In this document: one piece after another, positions 7,200 to 15,260 of the stretch
Layout of the letters: each line of letters opens with the position of its first letter
Position numbering within the stretch: position 1 is the first letter of the stretch
NCBI RefSeq assembly: GCF_000018105.1
Contig: NC_009925.1
Coordinates: forward strand, 2,580,001 to 2,612,000
Origin: Acaryochloris marina MBIC11017
Lineage (GTDB): Bacteria; Cyanobacteriota; Cyanobacteriia; Thermosynechococcales; Thermosynechococcaceae
DNA: 32,000 nt
Reading direction: 5' to 3'
Position numbers and translations under genes: made by a program
The notes under the pieces: model-generated
Told to the model about the DNA's origin: nothing
Database searches by the model: none
What the model saw: only the letters and a program-made list of their open reading frames with translations

Positions 7200-7985
7200 T
7201 TACAGCGGGAAGGGAGTAAAGGGCAACGACGTCGATCTTCCACGCTGCATATCCTCACAAATCGCTGGGATAATGGCAGGTAAACTACAAAAAACCAGCA
7301 GTATAAAAGTGAAATAGAACATCGTCATCCCGATTTCGTCAAAATCTTCATCAAAGCGAAACCCATGCCCCTCAAGATATTGAACGGATTCATCTTTCGC
7401 CCCCATCTTGAAAATCGCTTGATAGTAAGGTACGCCTCTATCCGTAACGGGGTAACTATAGGCACTGATAAAGGCTCGTTGCTCTCCACTGGATGTTTCA
7501 CCGACCAAGAGAATCCCCCGCAGATACCGATTTGTTGCTCCTTCATCCAGAGAGTCGATAATCGAAGACTGCATCATCGGCGTATATAAATCTGCAATCC
7601 CTTGCAAATCACGGTCGAAGGCAGACGGTAACTTGCCTTGCTTGTGCAAATGAAGCAGAAGATATTCTTTCAGCTTGCCATTCTGTTGATAGTAATAAGT
7701 GGAGATAGTCTGAGTGGGATCAACGATAAATTTACAGCTTTCTTGCTGATCACAATCTAAGGTTGTGATTGGAATCAAGCGATCAACTTTGGTAATGGTC
7801 TTCGCCGCATCGAGTAGATCTGGATGCTTAATTACAGCGTCCCAGCCTAGGTATGACAGAATGGTCACCCCTACGAAGTAAGCTAGGACAATCTTCTTCT
7901 TACCCGCAACTTTGAATAGCTTATTGGTCATGAGTTGTACATCACACTGGCCTGATGCAGAGCGGAGCAACGAGGCCAGGTCCAT
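7200..7985 (-). CDS. Uncharacterised two-TM membrane protein, tandem paralog D (most divergent; 3' end altered by the IS630 insertion)
   Basis: Same family (CDQQESC, GKLPSAFD, MQSSII, RAFIS, VPYYQA, QYLEGHGFRF). ATG at 7931 (MTNKLFK...) aligns better with the other paralogs than the track start at 7985. The last five codons and the stop are encoded by the right IS end. Confidence 0.65.
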   Translation of the reverse strand: MDLASLLRSASGQCDVQLMTNKLFKVAGKKKIVLAYFVGVTILSYLGWDAVIKHPDLLDAAKTITKVDRLIPITTLDCDQQESCKFIVDPTQTISTYYYQQNGKLKEYLLLHLHKQGKLPSAFDRDLQGIADLYTPMMQSSIIDSLDEGATNRYLRGILLVGETSSGEQRAFISAYSYPVTDRGVPYYQAIFKMGAKDESVQYLEGHGFRFDEDFDEIGMTMFYFTFILLVFCSLPAIIPAICEDMQRGRSTSLPFTPFPL

Positions 7986-8002
7986 GATTGAAAACGACTA
8001 TT

Positions 8003-8100
8003 CAGTAGTCATACATTGATTGAATGATTCCATGCAGTGATACGGATAAACCGCCAATGTGATTGGTCAGCATTCTCTCAGTGATATCCATCACTAGGTG
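8003..8100 (-). repeat. D-type leader, copy upstream of paralog D
   Basis: See 5751-5855. It lies 72 nt upstream of the ATG at 7931. Confidence 0.6.
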
Positions 8101-8197
8101 ACAATTTAAGCGAATGGGTATGGTTACCAGGGATGGACACTCAACATTCATGATTACAGTACGAAAAGTGAATAGCGAACACCTAGACGACTGCCAA

Positions 8198-9229
8198 TCA
8201 AAAATGTTGTAGGAAATGAACAACATCTAAATGCTGATTTTCTAACGCATAATCTATTGCCGTCTTCTGTTCCGCATCTTCATGTTTTGGATCTGCACCA
8301 GATTCCAGCAAAAGTTTTACAACAGAGAGCGATCCAGATTTAGCAGCTTCCAGTAAAGCAGTTGTCTTGTTATGAGTCATCGCATTGACATCCGCACCAA
8401 AACTGATCAACATCGCAACAATTTCGGGCTGCTTCGTTCGCATAATGGGGGTCATATCGTCATAGTCATCCGCTAAATTAGGATCAGCTCCAGATTCCAG
8501 TAAAGCGAGAGTCACTGGTAGTCGAAACTCTTCGAATCGCTTAATAACGGCAAGGTTTAATAGTGTTGATCCGCTCCGACAAAAATCATTGAGGGGGATA
8601 TCTGCCATTAAGAGTTTTTTGATTCCATCAACATCCCCCTCAAACACCACATCATAAGCAGTTTCCATCACAGGATTGATATTTTCATCTCTATACTTCT
8701 GTCGAATCCCTTTCTGCAAGAAATGCGCTGCATCACCCAATAATTCTGGTTGCGTCATGGGAAGTAAGAAGTCGTAAATATCCTGATGCCCCGACAAGGC
8801 AGCATAAATAATGGGCGGTTCTCCCAATACAGTTTGATTGGCATTCGCCCCAGCGCTAACCAAGAGCTGAACAAGATCTAAATATCCTTTGTCAGCCGCA
8901 ATAAATAATGGAGGATCAACCTCACGATGGATTGGCAGCGAAGGATTTGCACCCGCATTTAGCAGAGTAAAAACAATTTCATAATGATTGGCATATACTG
9001 CAGCAGTGAGTGCCGTTTCTTCCCCTACCGTAAGGTTTATATCTGCACCGTACTTGATCAATCGCTTTAATATTTCTAGACTTCCAGCCTGAGAGGCATG
9101 CTGCGCAGCACTGGCTAATTCCAGATCGCTCCATTGATTCTCAGCCAATATAATCTTGAACTGATCTAGATGATTACTGTTAATGGCATCCGTTAAGTTA
9201 AGCCACTCATAATTGATGCTTTCTGGCAT
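8198..9229 (-). CDS. Ankyrin-repeat protein
   Basis: 343 aa built almost entirely of ANK units (G(A/S)D(I/P/A)N..., LH/LL-A(A)--G----V--LL-(S/A)GA). Examples are LKRLIKYGADINL, TLLNAGANPSL, QLLVSAGANANQ, ALLESGADPNL, MLISFGADVNA and LLLESGADPKH. No signal peptide or TM helix is present. Confidence 0.85.
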   Translation of the reverse strand: MPESINYEWLNLTDAINSNHLDQFKIILAENQWSDLELASAAQHASQAGSLEILKRLIKYGADINLTVGEETALTAAVYANHYEIVFTLLNAGANPSLPIHREVDPPLFIAADKGYLDLVQLLVSAGANANQTVLGEPPIIYAALSGHQDIYDFLLPMTQPELLGDAAHFLQKGIRQKYRDENINPVMETAYDVVFEGDVDGIKKLLMADIPLNDFCRSGSTLLNLAVIKRFEEFRLPVTLALLESGADPNLADDYDDMTPIMRTKQPEIVAMLISFGADVNAMTHNKTTALLEAAKSGSLSVVKLLLESGADPKHEDAEQKTAIDYALENQHLDVVHFLQHF

Positions 9230-9326
9230 GGCAAATCATTATATTTCTATGCAGCTAACTGTTTGCATACCCCATAGCCTCACAAAAAATAATGATGAGG
9301 TCGCTTAACAAGCCAGGAAGCTCTCC

Positions 9327-9851
9327 TCAGAGATCTAAAGTCTGAAGAATAGATCGCAAAGCTTTCTCAGTAGAGATATCAGTCAGATCTCCCTCTGCAT
9401 TGATCTTTGCAGATATAGCTGGAATGCAGAGAATTGCTTCCTCTGGGATATCTGCCATCATCACCCGCAAGGTTTGCACCAATGATGCATTGGCTTTATC
9501 TCCGCCATCTGGAGACGGAGAGGCACTGATTACAGCCGTGGGTTTATCCATAAACTCACCTGAAGACACAATCCAATCCAGAGCATTTTTCAAGGTCCCT
9601 GGCACGCCATGGGCATATTCGGGCGTACAAAACAGGACGCCATCTGCGGCTTGTAATTGAGTCCGCCACTCCTTTACGGCGACAAGATCTAAATCGCCTT
9701 CTAACTCAGGATTAAAGTGGGGCAGTTGAGCAATACCGTTGTAGATTTTGACCTTGATGCCTGGGGGGGCTAAGCCAGCGATGGCATGGACTAGACGCGT
9801 GTTTGAGGATTGCAATCGCAAGCTCCCCGAAATTGCCAATATCGTTTTCAT
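9327..9851 (-). CDS. NAD(P)H-dependent FMN reductase family oxidoreductase
   Basis: MKTILAISGSLRLQSSNTRL...FCTPEYAHGVPGTLKNALDW is the flavodoxin-like FMN_red signature. Length 174 aa. Confidence 0.8.
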   Translation of the reverse strand: MKTILAISGSLRLQSSNTRLVHAIAGLAPPGIKVKIYNGIAQLPHFNPELEGDLDLVAVKEWRTQLQAADGVLFCTPEYAHGVPGTLKNALDWIVSSGEFMDKPTAVISASPSPDGGDKANASLVQTLRVMMADIPEEAILCIPAISAKINAEGDLTDISTEKALRSILQTLDL

Positions 9852-9884
9852 GAAGATTGCAGTTGAGGGAATAGGCGCACCGAC

Positions 9885-10553
9885 CTAATACACACCAATC
9901 GTTTTAATCGTCAGGCGAAACTCCCCCGGACTAAACCGAGGATTCAACGCCCCATCATATTCAAACTTACTCAACATCATCTGCATCGCTCGAATTTGAT
10001 GTGCCCCAATTAAAGGGGCATCATTCACCGTTTTGGCCCGAAATACAGGCGTCAACTGATTAAAGGGAATCCGAACCGTGATCCATTGTTGGGCCACCGT
10101 ATCAAATGAGTAGGCATAGGCAATACTGTCCCACCGATCTTGATCGCGCAGCAAAAACTTGTAGCGTTGGCCGTCCCCCTTCACCTGTAATTCAATCCCT
10201 TGGTGGGCCGATAGATTGAGGGGCGGATCGAAATTGCGCGTCCGCACCGAGGCAAACCCACCCGAATTCGCCGTCGAGACCTTGCCCGTAAATAGAGCAA
10301 CGCCTGACTCTTGACGCAAGCCACTATTGCTTACCCCCCCCATCACCACATCATCGACCGCTCCCCAGAGCTGGCTAATATCATTGACCTGGCTAAAGTC
10401 AAAGATGAGATTGGCTTGCACAGGGGGTGGGGCAGGGGGCGTAAATCCAGGCATCATTTTTTGAAACCAGTTGAGAACAGGAATTTCTTCAAAGTAGGAC
10501 AGGGTTTGCAGAAAACGGCCTGCATCCCAGGATTGGCGGGTCGGTTCAGCCAT
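9885..10553 (-). CDS. CIA30 (complex I intermediate-associated protein 30) domain protein
   Basis: W..VDDVVMGGVSNS...F.G.VS..N.GGFASVR... and the later KF.L matrix are typical of the CIA30 beta-sandwich domain. Length 222 aa. Confidence 0.7.
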   Translation of the reverse strand: MAEPTRQSWDAGRFLQTLSYFEEIPVLNWFQKMMPGFTPPAPPPVQANLIFDFSQVNDISQLWGAVDDVVMGGVSNSGLRQESGVALFTGKVSTANSGGFASVRTRNFDPPLNLSAHQGIELQVKGDGQRYKFLLRDQDRWDSIAYAYSFDTVAQQWITVRIPFNQLTPVFRAKTVNDAPLIGAHQIRAMQMMLSKFEYDGALNPRFSPGEFRLTIKTIGVY

Positions 10554-10608
10554 AGAATTGCTACTCAGCCAAAGAGAGGTCCGCCTTAATTGTAAGCATG
10601 AACTCCCA

Positions 10609-11829
10609 TTAGCCTTCTATTTGAGTCGCTAATTTTTTCCCCGCCCATTCCGACAAAATGGGGCCTAATAGGCAAGTGACGACAATATAGGCAATCACCG
10701 CATTAAAGATATTGTCATCCACTAAGCTGGCTTCTTTGCCAAATAACGTAATCACCAACACTAATGCCGCGCGGGGAATCGTCAAGCTGAACAGAGTCAA
10801 CACTTCCATCGGTTCATAGTTAAACCAGCGACCGACTATCCAGGCCGACAGCCATTTAGAGGCGACAGCACCCCCCACAATAACCCCAGCAATGCCTAAA
10901 CTACCGGGTGCCGATACAAACACGGTCGGATTAGCCAACACGCCCACCGACACCATAAACGCCGGAATAAAGAGACTATTACCGACAAAATCAATCCGGT
11001 TCATCAAATCGCTCTCCATGGGAATCGAACGATTCAAGGCCAAACCGGCAATAAAAGCCCCCACAATCGAATCTACCCCTAATCCCTGAGTGGCAGAGGC
11101 AATCACAAATAATGTGGCCACTACAAAAATAAACTGTAGCCCCAGGGAGACCTCTGCTTTGGGATTAAAAAAACAGTGCCCCAGTTGCGGAACACCCCAA
11201 AAACAGAGGGTCGTTAACAGCGGTAAACCCACCAGTAATTTTAGCCATAGGACTAACCCGATTTGCCCCTCGGCCATCGCCTGAATCAAGGCAAAGCCGA
11301 CTAACGTGAGTATTGCCGTCAGTACCGTTCCTCCCACCGCAACCCCAATAGATTCTCGCTGGGCCAACCCTAGCCGGGTCATACTCGGATAGGCCAACAG
11401 AGTATGAGGTGAATACAAAATTCCCAGTAATGCAGAAGCCAACCCACTCGAACCAGCCACTGCGATGATACCCATGCTGATCATCACCTGACCGGACACG
11501 ACGCCCACTGCGAAAGGCAGGCCAAAGGTGAGCAACCCAAACATAAGCGCTCGTACACCCAATCGCTGTAAGTCGCTCAGATCCATTTGCAGACCTGCTA
11601 GCAACATAATGTAGAGCAGACCCACTTTTTCTAAAAAAATCAGCTGGGTATCTCGGGCAATAATGCCTAAGCCATTACTACCTAACAAACAGCCTAAAAG
11701 GATGAGCACCACCAAAGCAGGCAGCTTTAAAGGCTTGGCAATCAGCGGTGCCAGCAGCAAAATGACCAGCAGCACACTAAAGGCATAGACCGGATCTTGT
11801 AAAGGTAGAATCAACGTCGCCATGGACAT
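10609..11829 (-). CDS. Cation:proton antiporter (CPA family, Na+/H+ exchanger-type membrane domain)
   Basis: 406-aa polytopic membrane protein with about 11-12 hydrophobic helices. The N-terminus (VLLVILLLAPLIAKPLKLPALVVLILLGCLLGSNGLGII) is typical of Kef/NapA-type exchangers. Confidence 0.75.
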   Translation of the reverse strand: MSMATLILPLQDPVYAFSVLLVILLLAPLIAKPLKLPALVVLILLGCLLGSNGLGIIARDTQLIFLEKVGLLYIMLLAGLQMDLSDLQRLGVRALMFGLLTFGLPFAVGVVSGQVMISMGIIAVAGSSGLASALLGILYSPHTLLAYPSMTRLGLAQRESIGVAVGGTVLTAILTLVGFALIQAMAEGQIGLVLWLKLLVGLPLLTTLCFWGVPQLGHCFFNPKAEVSLGLQFIFVVATLFVIASATQGLGVDSIVGAFIAGLALNRSIPMESDLMNRIDFVGNSLFIPAFMVSVGVLANPTVFVSAPGSLGIAGVIVGGAVASKWLSAWIVGRWFNYEPMEVLTLFSLTIPRAALVLVITLFGKEASLVDDNIFNAVIAYIVVTCLLGPILSEWAGKKLATQIEG

Positions 11830-12070
11830 GCAAGCAATCTTCCTGAGCAGGGTTTAAATTATTCTGAACTTCTTAACCTACCCGAATTCTTTTGGGTTAA
11901 ATCAGCCCGTTCGTTCTACGTTGTCGCCAATTTTACCGAGTTTTGGTAGGCAGGGAGTTTGGGCTTAAATCCCAGAATTTATACCAATCTGTCGAACTGT
12001 GATCAATGACATGCTAAGGCTGGTTTGTGCAGTGTATCTTGGATGAAGTGATGACAAGGTTTGGAGATCT

Positions 12071-13138
12071 ATGATTACCTGCACCAACTGCGGCCACGCT
12101 AACCCAGAAGGGGCCATTACTTGTGAAGCTTGCTATGTAGAGCTACCCAAAATGACGTCTTGCCCCAGTTGCCATGCTCAGGTACCCGAAGACGCCGTTT
12201 TTTGCTCCCAATGTGGCGCCTCATTACAACCAGGAGTTGAAGCCCCCGGTCTAGATATGGCGACTGCCCCCACTCAAGTCAATGCAGGTAAAGGTATTCC
12301 CGCCACCGATGTGGTCAACTTTGAGACCCCATCCGGAATCCCCGCCACTGATGTCGTGGTGCCCTTGCCCGATCCTCCCGCCATGGCACCTCCTGACCCA
12401 GTCGAAATGACAGAATTTCCAGATATGGAATTGGGATATGCCCCCACAGAAGTGACCCCTCCGGGCAGCCTTCCCCCTCCTTTGGCCGTCGAAATGAGTG
12501 AGCAACCTACGGAGAATGTGATACCACCGTCCTCTCTGCCCACTCCACCAGAACTCGATTTTGAAGAGCCGACTCCACCGATGCCGCCAGTATCGGAGCC
12601 TCCCATACCGCCCGCGGCCTCTCACCCCCCCATGCCGCCTGCTGCATCCCAACCACCGATGCCGCCCATGGAGTTTACTCCTCCTTCTCCTGCACCAGAG
12701 GCCCCTCCGACTCCTCCAGAACCAGTTGTTTCTGCCGCACCACAGCCCACCACCACTCCGATTCCTGAACAGCCTAAGCCCATGCCTGTCGGTGCCACGC
12801 AACTGCAATTACCCGTCGCACGACTGCTACATGAACGGTCTAACTCGAATCTAGATTTACCTACAAATCTCAACTTGGTCCATATTGGCAAGCCCAATGA
12901 TCGGATTCCTCCCGATATTGATGTATCGGGCTTTCCCGATAGTGATGTGGTGTCCAGAGTCCATGCCGATATCCGGGTTGAACCGGACGGCTATTACATC
13001 GAAGACACGGGCAGCGCCAACGGTACCTACGTCAATAATCAGCCGTTACGCCCTGGCGATCGCTATCGGTTACGGGCGGGCGATCGCATTTCCCTGGGCA
13101 AAGAAGATAAGGTCAGCTTTATCTTCCACCCCGGCTAA
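12071..13138 (+). CDS. FraH-like protein: N-terminal double zinc ribbon, long Pro-rich linker, C-terminal FHA domain
   Basis: Four CxxC pairs are present (CTNCG...CEAC...CPSCH...CSQCG). About 200 aa of P-rich low complexity follows, with internal repeats (GIPATDVV twice; PPAAS(H/Q)PPMPP twice). The FHA signature is VHIGKP...VSRVHADI...YYIEDTGSANGTYVNNQPL...GDRISLG. Confidence 0.8.
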   Translation: MITCTNCGHANPEGAITCEACYVELPKMTSCPSCHAQVPEDAVFCSQCGASLQPGVEAPGLDMATAPTQVNAGKGIPATDVVNFETPSGIPATDVVVPLPDPPAMAPPDPVEMTEFPDMELGYAPTEVTPPGSLPPPLAVEMSEQPTENVIPPSSLPTPPELDFEEPTPPMPPVSEPPIPPAASHPPMPPAASQPPMPPMEFTPPSPAPEAPPTPPEPVVSAAPQPTTTPIPEQPKPMPVGATQLQLPVARLLHERSNSNLDLPTNLNLVHIGKPNDRIPPDIDVSGFPDSDVVSRVHADIRVEPDGYYIEDTGSANGTYVNNQPLRPGDRYRLRAGDRISLGKEDKVSFIFHPG

Positions 13139-13166
13139 ATTCCAACGCATCATATCAAGACGCCTG

Positions 13167-13197
13167 ATGCCCCCAACTCAACTGGGGGCATATTTTG
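13167..13197 (+). terminator. Candidate intrinsic terminator after the FraH-like gene
   Basis: A 9-bp perfect stem, ATGCCCCCA (13167-13175) / TGGGGGCAT (13183-13191), has a 7-nt loop and is followed by ATTTTGT. It overlaps the last codons of the convergent MFS gene. Confidence 0.55.
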
Positions 13198-14347
13198 TGC
13201 GGGTCTGAATCGCCAACAGGAGCACCCCAAAAGTACAGGCACCCGCTAAATAGAGGGGATAGCCATAGCTGGCCAGGTTGGACTGATGAATCAGCACACC
13301 AGCAATGACGGGGCCAATACCATTAGAAATACTGAGATACGAGGAATTTAAGCCCATCGCCATCCCCTGCTGCTGAGCATCCACATTCAGGGAAATCAGG
13401 GTATTGATAATGGGTTGGACCAGGGAGTTAAAGATGGAAAAGAAAATGGTAATCGAGACAAAATAGGTCACATTGGGCCAGATGGGCATCGCCAAGAAAG
13501 CCACACTCCGAATCAGTAAGGCCACAAATAAGATCAACAGCAAATTAAATCTTTTAGTCAGGTTAGGCACCCCGAAGGTCTGCATTAGCACCCCGAGTAC
13601 TCCGTAAACGATAAATATCAGGGCCAAAGACTGGGGAGTTTGGTTAAGGACGTTGAGGAAGTACGGCTGAAATGCGTAGGTGAAAATCGTAAAGGTCGTG
13701 CCAATCAAAAAATTGATCAACAAGAGAATGCCCACTTTGGGAATCGTCAATCCTGTGACTAATTTGGCCAATCCCAACTCAAACCGACGCGGTTGCGATC
13801 GCTCTTCTAAGGTTTCTGGTAAGAAGAAGTAGGTCACCCCTAAGGCTATCCCAGCGATCCAGGCAGATACTAAAAAACTAGCCCCCAGGGAAATCGCTTG
13901 GGCGCCCAAGCTAATAAGGGGGCCGAGGACAAAGCCGACGCCAAAGGCAGCTCCAAACAGACTAAAGCCCCGCGCCCGATTCTCGGCATCCGTGACATCC
14001 GCAATCACGGCCTGAATCACGGAATTGTTGCCTCCAGTAATCCCGTCTAAAAACCGGGCCAAAAATAACACCCATGCCGCCGTCGCCAGACCTGCCATCA
14101 GGTTGGCCAACATTGTCCCCGCCAAACTCACCAGTAATAAAGGTCGTCGCCCCCAACGATCCGAGAGCTGTCCAATCACAGGGGTGGCGATAAATTGAGC
14201 AATCGAAAATATCGAAAAGAGGAAGCTGGTCTCAAAATCATTGAGCCCAAACTGCCGACCGTAGGGATACAGGGTCGGCAGCAAAACCGTAAAACTAAGG
14301 GAGTTGACTAAGGCAATGGCAGAGACGATCCAAACTTCGCGCTTCAT
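13178..14347 (-). CDS. MFS transporter (drug:H+ antiporter / TetA-like)
   Basis: 12-helix profile with the MFS loop 2-3 motif GQLSDRWGRRPLLL. Length 389 aa. Confidence 0.8.
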   Translation of the reverse strand: MKREVWIVSAIALVNSLSFTVLLPTLYPYGRQFGLNDFETSFLFSIFSIAQFIATPVIGQLSDRWGRRPLLLVSLAGTMLANLMAGLATAAWVLFLARFLDGITGGNNSVIQAVIADVTDAENRARGFSLFGAAFGVGFVLGPLISLGAQAISLGASFLVSAWIAGIALGVTYFFLPETLEERSQPRRFELGLAKLVTGLTIPKVGILLLINFLIGTTFTIFTYAFQPYFLNVLNQTPQSLALIFIVYGVLGVLMQTFGVPNLTKRFNLLLILFVALLIRSVAFLAMPIWPNVTYFVSITIFFSIFNSLVQPIINTLISLNVDAQQQGMAMGLNSSYLSISNGIGPVIAGVLIHQSNLASYGYPLYLAGACTFGVLLLAIQTRTKYAPS

Positions 14348-14349
14348 GC

Positions 14350-14982
14350 CTAGCGTCGCCGCTCTTGCAGTTTGCGGTAGACGTCCTTGATATCTACATC
14401 ATGGTGGGCCAGGGCCACGAGACTGTGGTAAATCAGATCGGCCACTTCTCCCGCAATTTCATCCGCATTGTCGTCCTTACAGGCCATCACCACTTCTGCA
14501 GATTCTTCACCAATCTTTTTGAGAATTTTGTTATCACCCGCAGCAAATAGCTTGCAGGTATAGGAGTCCGGGGAGGGATTCTGTTTGCGATCGCAAATCA
14601 CATCAAACACCTGAGACAAAGTATCAGCAGGGGGAGCCGCAATCTGCCCTTCAATCTGATGGAAACAGCTACGTTCTCCCGTATGGCAGGCAATATCACC
14701 AATTTGCTCCACCCCAACCAGTAAGGCATCACTGTCACAGTCGTACCGCAGGGACTTCACCTCTTGCACATGACCCGAGGTTTCACCTTTTGGCCACAGC
14801 TCCTGACGCGATCGGCTCCAAAACCAAGTCCGGCCCGTATCCATGGTCTTCTGCAAAGATTCACGATTCATCCAGGCCATCATCAACACCGTGCCATCTA
14901 AATAGTCTTGAACAATGGCTGGTACGAGCCCTTGAACGTCATACCGAATTTTGTCTACTGGAATTGCAGAAGAAGACATCAA
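14350..14982 (-). CDS. hisIE: Bifunctional phosphoribosyl-AMP cyclohydrolase / phosphoribosyl-ATP diphosphatase
   Basis: The HisI part is LVPAIVQD...[15 protein letters not shown]...G...WSRSR.ELW.KGETSG......[22 protein letters not shown]. The HisE part is L...I.DRK......SYT.KL...G...I.KK.GEE..E.......D......E.ADL.YH..V.L. Confidence 0.9.
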   Translation of the reverse strand: MMSSSAIPVDKIRYDVQGLVPAIVQDYLDGTVLMMAWMNRESLQKTMDTGRTWFWSRSRQELWPKGETSGHVQEVKSLRYDCDSDALLVGVEQIGDIACHTGERSCFHQIEGQIAAPPADTLSQVFDVICDRKQNPSPDSYTCKLFAAGDNKILKKIGEESAEVVMACKDDNADEIAGEVADLIYHSLVALAHHDVDIKDVYRKLQERRR

Positions 14983-15260
14983 TGTGAGCAGCAGAAAACA
15001 ACTCTTTAGATTATCACCTGGGACCGAACAATACGGATATATTAATTGAGATTGGCTTTTTTAATAAGAAATACTAATATTTATTTTTGCAAAACACCTC
15101 ATATTCAATTTAAAAATGTTATATTTGATACAGAAATTAAATCGTTCATCCCTTAACTCGTCTTTAACTCTATTCTTAGTAGTCAAGGGACGGAAGTAGA
15201 GCCTTCGCTCGAAGGAACGCGCCTCAAATCTATACCCATCATTATGATCGGAGGCGAATC

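Larger units (their letters stand above)
6056..7216 (-). mobile_element. IS630-family insertion sequence (~1.16 kb) with TA target duplication
   Basis: The terminal inverted repeats are ctcccttcccgccataagat (6056-6075) and the reverse complement of 7197-7216 (ctcccttcccgctgtaaaat). The first 12/12 positions match, and 17/20 overall. TA flanks both ends (6054-6055 and 7217-7218). Inside are a two-part transposase with an HTH region and a DDE region. Confidence 0.8.

Noticed and set aside
8002-8226. 74-aa ORF between the ankyrin gene and paralog D
   Set aside because: It overlaps the ankyrin stop region and runs through the conserved non-coding leader. In the homologous copy at 5751-5855 the equivalent frame is not preserved, so the conservation is at the nucleotide level rather than the protein level.
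2962-9229. Interpreting the paralog array plus ankyrin gene as a bona fide toxin-immunity or anti-phage defence locus
   Set aside because: No toxin, nuclease, ATPase, secretion or sensor domain is visible in or next to the block. The idea is kept only as a hypothesis under findings.
12590-12670. Short tandem direct repeats, considered as a possible CRISPR or VNTR
   Set aside because: The repeats are in frame, only about 30 nt long, adjacent without spacers, and encode PPAAS(H/Q)PPMPP. This is coding low complexity and not a CRISPR array.
12251-12897. Cluster of antisense or off-frame ORFs (12251-12808, 12274-12606, 12561-12854, 12622-12897, 12885-13208)
   Set aside because: They are artefacts of the stop-poor CCN-rich DNA that encodes the Pro-rich linker. 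Only the plus-strand frame has zinc-ribbon and FHA motifs at its ends.
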